Part shown: positions 51,910-61,097 of the stretch, in pieces | Layout of the letters: each line of letters begins with the position of its first letter | Position numbering within the stretch: position 1 is the first letter of the stretch | Origin: Azolla caroliniana | Taxonomy: Eukaryota; Plantae; Polypodiophyta | DNA length: 64,000 nt | NCBI GenBank assembly: GCA_043228905.1 | Contig: JBHGNT010000005.1 | Span: 9,114,001-9,178,000 of the forward strand | Direction: 5' to 3' | Made by a program: the position numbers and the translations under genes | The notes under the pieces: generated by a model | Databases searched by the model: none | Told to the model about the DNA's origin: nothing | The model's input: only the letters and a program-made list of their open reading frames with translations

Positions 51910-54900
51910 ATGTCTAGACCAAACGACGACCACATCACCGAACGAGGGAGACGATACACCGAACGAGAGCAACGACGGGAAGCCCTGCAGCAAGCCGTCG
52001 ACGAGATCCGGCGGGATCGGTCATTCTCCAAAACTCTTCGGAGAGTCGTAGAAGAGGCACTGCAGTTCCGGGTTCTGCAAGTCCCCGATGAAGGCAGTAG
52101 CATAACAAACCTGCAAGAGGCGGAAACGTTACTACAGACGGGGACTCGGAAGCATTCGCAACACTTGAGGCGGAGTCGGAAAGCGACGGAAGCGTTGCGT
52201 CCCGGTATAAAAGCAGCCACGACACACCAAACGACCCCGGGGAAGAGGGGTCGGAAGACTCAGTAACACCGGAGCCAGAGGAAGAAATAACCTTGGAGTT
52301 CGGTGACCGGCAATCGCCGAGGGAGGCTGACCGGATACCGACAACACCCGTGAAGAAACCGAAGGAGCGGATACTGACAACACCTGCGGAGGAACCAAAG
52401 GACCGGACACCGGCAACACCCGCGGAGGAACTGAAGGAGCGGATACCGGCACCAACCGCGGAGGAACCAAAGGTTCTCACACCAACGCCAACAACGGACA
52501 GAGAGCGGAGAAAGCAGGAGAGTCAGTTGGACGACACGATGCTGTACCCATACCCAAAGTACCGGGATGAGCCCGACGCGGAGGCACACGTGTACACATT
52601 CTTCCAAACATGGGAGCCAACCATGTCTCCCAAAGACTGACGGAGACTGAAGCCGAACGATCCAAAGTCGCCGAATTCGGCATGACCTAAGAAGGACCGA
52701 CGGCCCGATGGCACGCAAAGCACTTACCGGGCAGCTTTGCCACATTCGATGCCTTGAAGGCCAAATTCCTCAGGCTTTTTCACAGACAAGTTGAGCAAAG
52801 GGAATTGGTCAGGCAGTTCTACACCACCCGGCAGGAAGAGAACGAGATTGTGCCACAATTCATCATTCGGTTTCAAACCCTGCACAGCCAGCTGACGAGA
52901 GCACCACCCGAAGACGAAGCCAAAGCAGTCTTTTTGGCCGCGCTGAAAGAGCCACTTCGAACAATGTGCGGAGTCCTTGATTTCCACACCAGCACAATGG
53001 ACCAAGTTATTGATCGGGTCTTAGAAATGGACAAGACTAGCTCCTTCTTGTCGATGGGGATGTTACACCGGGCACTCCCGAAGGAGGAAGACCTGAGGTT
53101 CCGACAGGCCTTACAATGCACAACATGCCTAAATTCGGGCCACTCAACGGTAGACTGCACCCTGCGGACACAATGTATGATCTGCAACTCTCGAGCCCAT
53201 ACAACGGACCGATGCGAATATAACCTGTTAAATCGGCAGGCAGCACCGGTTCGACACATAGAACCGCGCAATCAGAACCCAAATGAGGATCGATTCCGGA
53301 GAGACGATCGCTACCAACGCGAACGCGGTAACAGATACGCTGATAGAAGACGCGATAACTATGACCGAGAGGAGAAACGCAGAGATAGCTACCCCTGGGA
53401 CCGGTACGACCGAGACGAATCCCCGGAATACGAATGACGCAGAGAAGAGAGGCGACAAGGGAACCAAAATTTCCGACGGAATCAGAAGCGTGGATTTTTC
53501 CGAAGAGAGGAACGTTGGGAGGCAGCAAGGAATGACAACCCGGTATCGGTACCGGATAACCGAAAAACCGAAGACGACCGCCGAAGTATACCCACCCGCC
53601 AAACCGGGGACAAAGGAGAAACGAGCAACAGTCACAAGGTGTACTGTTATTACTGCCGTAAGGAGGGCCATTATAGTAACCAATGCCCAAGCAAAACCAA
53701 TGACAACATGGTTACAACCGAAATAACAGAAGTACAGCAGGTCACAACCCGGTCAAAGGGAAAGACCGCCGAGTGGGAAGCCCAGGAGGCAATCAGAAAA
53801 CAAGCGGCGCAATGAATCAAGGAGGCCAATGAACAGAATGCGGCAGAAGTAAGAGACCAAAATATGCCAAAAGACGAAGAAATCATACAACCAGGAGAAA
53901 ACCCGACGTGGCAAGCGCTACAGGACTGTCAAATCGTGCTGCCGTTAGCACGGCTACTACAGTTGGTGCCACGGTTTACGGCAGACTTACAGGCATCCGT
54001 GAGCAAACCGAAGCCGACGCCAGCACCGGCATTCTTCTCCAACCCAGAGGAAGGACCAGCGGTGGTCGATACAAGTAGCTCGACGATCACGACAATCGTA
54101 AAAGGAAAGGAAATTGCTAGAACGATTATTGACGGAGGCTCCGGGGTAAATGTCATCAGCCGACAGACATGCGATAACCTGGGCATCCGGGAATGGGAAC
54201 CATGCCCCTTCTGGTTACGCATGGCGGATACCAACTCAGTCCGACCGACCGGGCTTATCCGGGATTTGGAAGTAACGATCGGAGGCCACGTATTCCGGAT
54301 ATCGGCCGTGGTGCTGCAGCTGAATGTACAAGGCGCGTACCCCCTACTGCTAGGATGACCATGGCTGCGAACGGCGCATATCAAGCAGAACTGGCAAAAG
54401 AACATGATCACATTCCGGCGAGGGAAAACAAAGGTACGAGTAACGACGCAACCACGGGTGATCGCCAGTAAGGAAGCAACTCCATTGTATGCGGAAAGCA
54501 TCAACATGTTGGAGGGATTACCGGACGAGGAAGTCAAGCGGTACCTCGAGGAACACCCACGAATCGTCCCACTATTTGAGGTGGATATCACGGCGGTAGT
54601 AGAACCGTACATCACGACGCCGGACGAACCGGACCAAGCGGTGATCCGGGAACTGCGACAAGCGCAGGAATCCCTAGAGAGGGAAATGACGATATCCCAG
54701 AGGGTAAAAGCATCCCAACTAGAGGAGGTGGACCTCGGCACAACAGACAAGCCCCAACCGGTAAATGTCGCAAAGGAATTGCCGAAGGAAGAAAAGAAGG
54801 CAATGGTAGCATTATTAACAGACTTCAAGGATGTGTTCGCGTGGTCGTACGAAGACATGCGAGGGCTGGACCCCCAGCTCTATCAGCACCAAATTCACCT

Positions 54901-57723
54901 AAGTACGGACGCGAAACCAATCGCTCAACGCAGGTACCGGATGAATCCGAATTATGCGGCGAAGGTGAAGGAGGAGATTGATAAGCTCCTCCGGGTCGGA
55001 TTTATCCGACCGGTCAAGCAGGCAACCTGGCTGAGTCCGATAGTGGTGGTCCCGAAAAAGAATGGCAAAATCCGGGTATGCGTGGACTACCGCAAACTAA
55101 ATGCCGCAACAGTGACCGATGCATTTCCACTACCATTTACGGACGGGGTGTTAGATGCAGTAGCCGGCCACGAAGTTTACAGCTTCCTGGATGGATTTAG
55201 CGGCTACAACCAAATACGAATGAACCCGGCCGACCAGGAGAAGACAACATTCGTTACGGAATGGGGAGTGTTTGTCGCGGTCGTCATGATGTTCGGACTA
55301 AAGACGGCCCCAACGACCTTTCAAAGGATAATAATGGAAATTTTCGGGGAATATATCCCCGGTTTTATGCAGGTCTTCCTTGACGATTTCACGGTCTATA
55401 GCCGCCACGGAGAGCATCTCGATCACCTCCGGCTGTGCTTGGAGAAGTGCCGCGAGTACCGGTTGAGTCTGAACCCGGCCAAGTGCGTCTTTGGAGTGGC
55501 AAGCGGCAACTTACTAGGGCACGTGGTGAGTAAGGAAGGAATCGCGGTAGATCCGGATAAAGTAAAGGCGATTCTCGAGGCACCAACACCAAATAACGCA
55601 AAGGCTTTAAGCCGGTTCCTGGGCCAAATAAGGTGGCATAGCCGGATGATACGGCACCTCGCAGACTTCGCTACACCTTTGCATACCGCCGTACACAGGG
55701 TACCCTTCCTATGGGCGGAGACGGAGGAGAAAGCCTACCAAGCGTTGAAGGTTATGCTGTCGCAAGCTCCGGTGGTGCAACCGCCGGATTGGAGTAAAAG
55801 CTTTCACGTCTTTGTCGACGCGTCGGACGTAGCAATCGGCAACGTTCTGATGCAACTCACAGAACCGAAATGGTACCGGCCGGTGTACTACGCAAGCCGG
55901 AAACTCTCAAAAGCCGAACGGAACTACTCTACGTCGGAACGCGAGGCATTAGGAATGGTGTATAGTGTCACGAAGTACAGGCACTATTTGCTCGGAAGGA
56001 AGTTTTCCTTCCATGTCGACCATTCGGCACTACTCTACCTGGTCTCGAAGGCATCCCTGACGGGAAAAATTGCACGATGGACACTGCTGTTACAGGAATT
56101 TGAATTCGACATTTTCCACCGACCCGGGGCGCAGCATGCGGTAGCGGACTACCTAATCAGACTCGAATCCGGAGAAGTAGGGGACGGCGTCCAGGATGAG
56201 TTCCTCGACGCCGAGTTGTTCCGGATCACGACGAAACCGGCAACGGATGCAACGGTAGCCGATGAAGACACGTGGCTAACTGAGATGCATCAGTTCCTGA
56301 GCACCGGAATACCCTCGGAGAACATGGACCGCGATGAAAGGAAAAGGGTAGCAGTAAGAAGCAGACATTTCTGCTTGGTTGGAGACACCCTCTATCACAA
56401 GGGGGCAGATGGCAGATCTGTAGATGAGCAGTGCGGAGCGATGAGAAGGATCTAATCCTCAGGGAAGCCCACTGTGGAATTGCCGGCGGGCATTATGCCG
56501 GCGACGCAACCGCTCGGAAAATATGGCAGAGCGGACTGTGGTGGCCCACCACCCTAAAAGATGCCGTGAAGTATAGCAGAGAATGCGATTTGTGTCAACG
56601 ACTGGGCCAACCCACGGAGCAGGCCCGGATGTCACACCACCCGGTCTTGCCATTGGAACCGTTTCAAAAGTGGGGTTTGGACTTTGTCGGTCCCTTCAAG
56701 CCACCGGCAATGCGAACCGGAAATCGGTATGTCATAGTGGCGACCGACTATTGCACCAAATGGGTAGAAGCGAAGGCCTTACGGGACAACACGGCCGCGT
56801 CCACGGCAAAGTTCTTATACGAGTGCATATGGTGCCGGTATGGATGCCCGATCGAGCTTATAAGTGACCAAGGAGGACACTTTCTCGGGCAGGTAGTAGA
56901 AAGCCCGACGTCATTTTACGCGGTGGTACATAAAAGGAGTACTCCCTACTACCCCCAAGCCAATGGACTAGCGGAATCGACGAACAAAACTCTGCAGAAC
57001 ATCCTACGAAAAATCGTCAACGGGAACCGGACCGACTGGGATACGAAATTGCAGAGCGCACTATGGGCGTACCGAACAACGTACAAAACCAGCATCCGGA
57101 CAACCCCGTTCCGACTAGCATTCGGTTTAGAAGCAGTCATGTCGGTAGAGTTCCAAATCCGCAGCTTACGGATCCAGGCAAAGGAGCGCTTAAGTGAGAA
57201 GGAGTCCGAACGAATCCGGCTGGCGACGTTGTTGGAATTAGAAGAAAACCGAATAGCCAGCTTACTACAACTCGAACTGGAGCAAAGGAGGAGAAAAGCT
57301 TTCGTGGACCGACACCGGCGTGGCAACGAAAAGGAGTTCGAAGTCGGGAAACCGGTGCTACTGTTCCAGACACGGATGGGGAACATGCCGGGAAAGTTGC
57401 GGTTTCGGTGGACCGGACCGTTCTGGATCACCAAGGAGTACAATGGGTCATATCAGCTCGGCACGTTGTCTGGAGAAGTCATCGATAAGTGGGCAAATGG
57501 GTTTCGGCTAAAGCCGTATAAGGGTAATATGCCAGCCAACCCGTTCAAGCAAGACCCGGAGATCCGGCACGATGAGGAACCGACACCGACAGACGCTACT
57601 GCAGATATCCGGACCGAGGAAGAACCGACACCGATATTGACGAAGACGATCCCGGAAAACCGACAGAAGGATCCGGTATCAGCGCGAACCGACCCGAACA
57701 AATCGGGGGGGACCAGAAAATGA
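51910..57723 (+). pseudogene. H gag-pol
   Basis: Three CCHC knuckles, IDGGSGVNVI, LDGFSGYNQI, FLDDF, VDASD, WGLDFVGP, YYPQANG, WTGPF. Confidence 0.92.
52330..52475 (+). repeat. 36-bp (12-aa) tandem repeat x4 in H gag
   Basis: RIPTTPVKKPKE / RILTTPAEEPKD / RTPATPAEELKE / RIPAPTAEEPKV. Confidence 0.8.
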
Positions 57724-58128
57724 CGTGGTCCAAACAAATAGAAAAAAATAAATAAAACAATCATAGTATTGATGGGGAGATCACAAGAGGTGGGAGCGCC
57801 ACCATGCAACGAAGAGGCGCCATGCAGTAAAGGAGGATGTGCGCGTACTTGCTATTTAAAGCATGGAACGTGGGCACCGACATACGAGGTATTACTCACA
57901 CGCGGCAAGCAAGAAAGGACATACTAATTATGGCGGGAGATAGACATGCGTAGGAAACGAAAAAGGACGGCTCGAAGCAAAAGCCACTATATAAGACACA
58001 GGCCTGCGAAGGACTTACTTTTTACGAATTTTCCTACACAGGCGCAGAAGCACAGAAGAGTGATCCGACGCATAGCGCACACACATCCCGATCCCGAACA
58101 ACAGACAGCAGAAGAAGAATTCGAACCA

Positions 58129-61049
58129 ATGGCACTGTCGGAGGAGGCACGCCAATGGATGATGGAGAACGGGTTAGAAGGATTGTTGCGGATCGCCGAC
58201 GCTCCACCACACGCAGAACCAGAGCAGGCGGCAGCATCGATTGATTTATCAAAAATCACGGAAGGAGCGGTGCAGGCGCTCACGGGGATAAAAGCAGGAG
58301 GACTTCAAACGATCGAAAACCCTTCAAGTGAAATCCTGTTCGAATATTTCGGTGAGTATTCCATCAGCAGCAAGGCGTATCGAACACAGGGCGGAAAGAA
58401 CCTGCTGTTCGGAGAAGTGGCCCGCGCCATGATGGAATACGGATTCGTGAATTCTTGTCCCCCGGCCATAGCCAGGTACCGGGCAACGTTCTTAATTGCA
58501 ACGTACGAAGGATTACAAGTGGACTGGCTCCATTTCATAACCAAAGGATTGAAGGAGGCCATCAAGAACCTTGTGGAAGGAAAAAAGCTATGGGCCGGGA
58601 TAGCACAATGGCTAACGGTGTTAGTCCCACCGGTGCTCCCCATCAAACAAAAGAAAAGAGGTCAGCAGGAGACGACGCCGCAAAAGGTCACAAAGCGCCG
58701 ACATATCCTGGAGAAACACACCCCCGGATGGACCCAGGTAGAAACAGAATAGCGGGAGGAAGGACCATCCCGACAGCAACAGGAACCGGCAACAAAGGCA
58801 AAACCGGCAGGAAAAGGCAAACGAAAATCGGCCGAGGAGGAACCGGTAGCGCTCAAACCAATCAATATAACGCTGCGACGGCCGGAACCGGAACCAGAGG
58901 TCTTTATACAAAAGGTCCGTGTGGTAGCCGCACCGGAGGAGGAAGCTGAAGTAGAAGACTCATCCGAACCACTGGTAAGACCCCTAGCAAGACAAGGTCG
59001 GGAGAGACGGGCGAGAGGACTGGCTCCACCAGTTGACAAAACTCAGCAGAGGGCGCAAGGAGCACCTCCAGTTGCGGGGCGGAAGCAGTACTGGAACCAA
59101 TACCGAGGGAAGCAGCACCGACACCGGTTTTGCCGGACTTCAGAGAACCGGTCATTCCAGAGAAGAGGAATGAACAAGCGCCGGAGCCAGAGAAAAGGCC
59201 GGAAAAACAGCCTGAGTTAAGGAGTAGAAGTGAGCAATTCTACCCCGACACAGGAAGCACAAAGCCACAATGGCTGAGATGGCTTTCGGAGCAGGTATCG
59301 GGAATAGCGGACCAGTTAGAGGAAGAAGAAACGTGTAGGCAACACCTGACGCATACAACAACCCAGGAGTTGGTCACGCTCCAAACACAGATCCAGGAAT
59401 TGCAAGGGGAGCTGTTGCAGGCAAGGGAAGGAATTCAACAAGCACAAGTTGTCACCGAGCCGGTCGGGACAACAAGGAAGCAACCAGAACCGGAACCGGA
59501 ACCGGTAGCCTTGCAAACCGGCCCTGAGACCGAAAAAATAATAGAAACCTTGCGAGAGGAGTTAAAAGCTCAGGAGACATTAAGGGAAAAAGAAAGGGAG
59601 CAGCGGAAAGCGGTGGAGGACGACAGACGGAAAATGGAAGAAGGCCTCCGGAAAGGCCGAGCCACTAATGACCGACTGCAAGAAGAAAAAGAGAAGCTGC
59701 AAAAGGAGAAGGACCGACTGCGTCGACATGCCGAGCAGGAGATAGAACGATTGTAGGAGGAACTCCGACAATAGAAGGACCGGGACGACCGGTTAAGAGC
59801 TCAGGTAAACCAACGCCTGAAGTAGAAGACGGAGGACTTCGACCGACTCTACCGAGATCACAAGCAGGCCGAGTCGGACAACAAGAAACGGGCAGCAGAC
59901 TACGACTGGCAAATAGAGAAGCCGAAAGAACAGCTCAAAGAGACCTGATTAGACCTGGCTAAGACAATGGACGAGGTCAGTGCCAAAAAGGAAGCATTGT
60001 CGGCGGAAATAACCCAAGCGACGGAGAGAAGGAAGGAATTAGAGGTGCTAAGGCGGGAAAAGCTGGATCTGACCAAGATCAGGAATGAAGAAAAGGAAAG
60101 ATCGACCTTCACGATCAACAAACTGCAAAGTACCTATGAAAAGTAGAAAGCGGATTACGAAGCCCAGGCTCAGATAATGGCCGACATTATAAAACGGGCA
60201 AGGAAGGAAAAGCAAGAAGCTTATGCGCATGCTAAGGCGGGGGTTGACCGGATCAAGCTCATCATGTCAGGTTGGAGTACCCGAGCTCAGGCAAGCATCA
60301 ACGAAAGTACGGAAAAGCTATGGAAGGAGTGGTCACAACAGGCAGCCGAGCTGCAGACACTCCAAGCTGATGCCGAGAATCGGAGGAAGACCGGTGACAA
60401 GTTCTACAAGATGGATGAAGAAAGTATCGTCGCCATTCGGGAAGAATTGTCGGAGGATTTCTACGCTTTAGCGGACGAACATCTTAAAGAAATCTGAGGG
60501 TTGGTAGAGAGGTTGGATGACGGGCAGCTCGCAACTCAGTTGGAGTTGGAGAAATACGAGCAGGACCGGTTACGACAGGAAGCCAAGGGAAGAACGACGC
60601 CAATCACTATAAGTGAGGGAGAGCGACCGGCTGAAGCTGAACCAACCGACACCGAACAACCCCGACAAGGAATACCCGAAGAAGAACTTCCGTTCCAAGA
60701 AAATCAAGAAGAGCAGGTGCAGACCGATGCCGGAGAAGAAGAAGAGCTGAGACCGGAGTACACCGGAGCAGAGGAAGAAGGCGCACCGAACCAACCAGTC
60801 GAGACCGGAGAAAGCGACACTGGTAACAGAACAGAGCCTGGAACGGAGGGAGAACAGGAAGAACCCGGACAGAGCGGTGAGGAAGCACCGGCACCACAAA
60901 ATCAAGCACAGCTGGAGCAACAAATTTTTACGGAACAGCCAACCCAACCGGAGGTCGGAGACCAGGCAGGCAAGGAACAGGAATTGGAGGAAGAAGCACC
61001 ACTTGATACCTTCGAGCAGAGTGTGCTCGATATTTTGGAGGAAGAATGA
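58129..61049 (+). pseudogene. H extra ORF3: unknown N-terminal domain, coiled coil, acidic tail
   Basis: Fragments 57946-58752, 59130-59756, 60177-60497 and 60501-61049. Homologous to E ORF3. Confidence 0.8.
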
Positions 61050-61057
61050 GGCCGGGA

Positions 61058-61097
61058 GTGGATTCGAAGTGCAAGGCACTTTCCCACGGGCGTGCCA
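61058..61097 (+). other. tRNA-Arg T-arm/acceptor/CCA mimic at the PPT position of H
   Basis: GTGGATTCGA-[AGTGC AAG GCACT]-TTCCCAC-GGGCGTGCCA, then TG, then the LTR. Confidence 0.7.

Noticed and set aside
61038-61057. Purine-rich run as the PPT of H (and 27866-27887 in E)
   Set aside because: It lies ~40 nt from the LTR boundary fixed by the LTR pair and TSD, and coincides with the LEEE codons. Kept only as an alternative to test.
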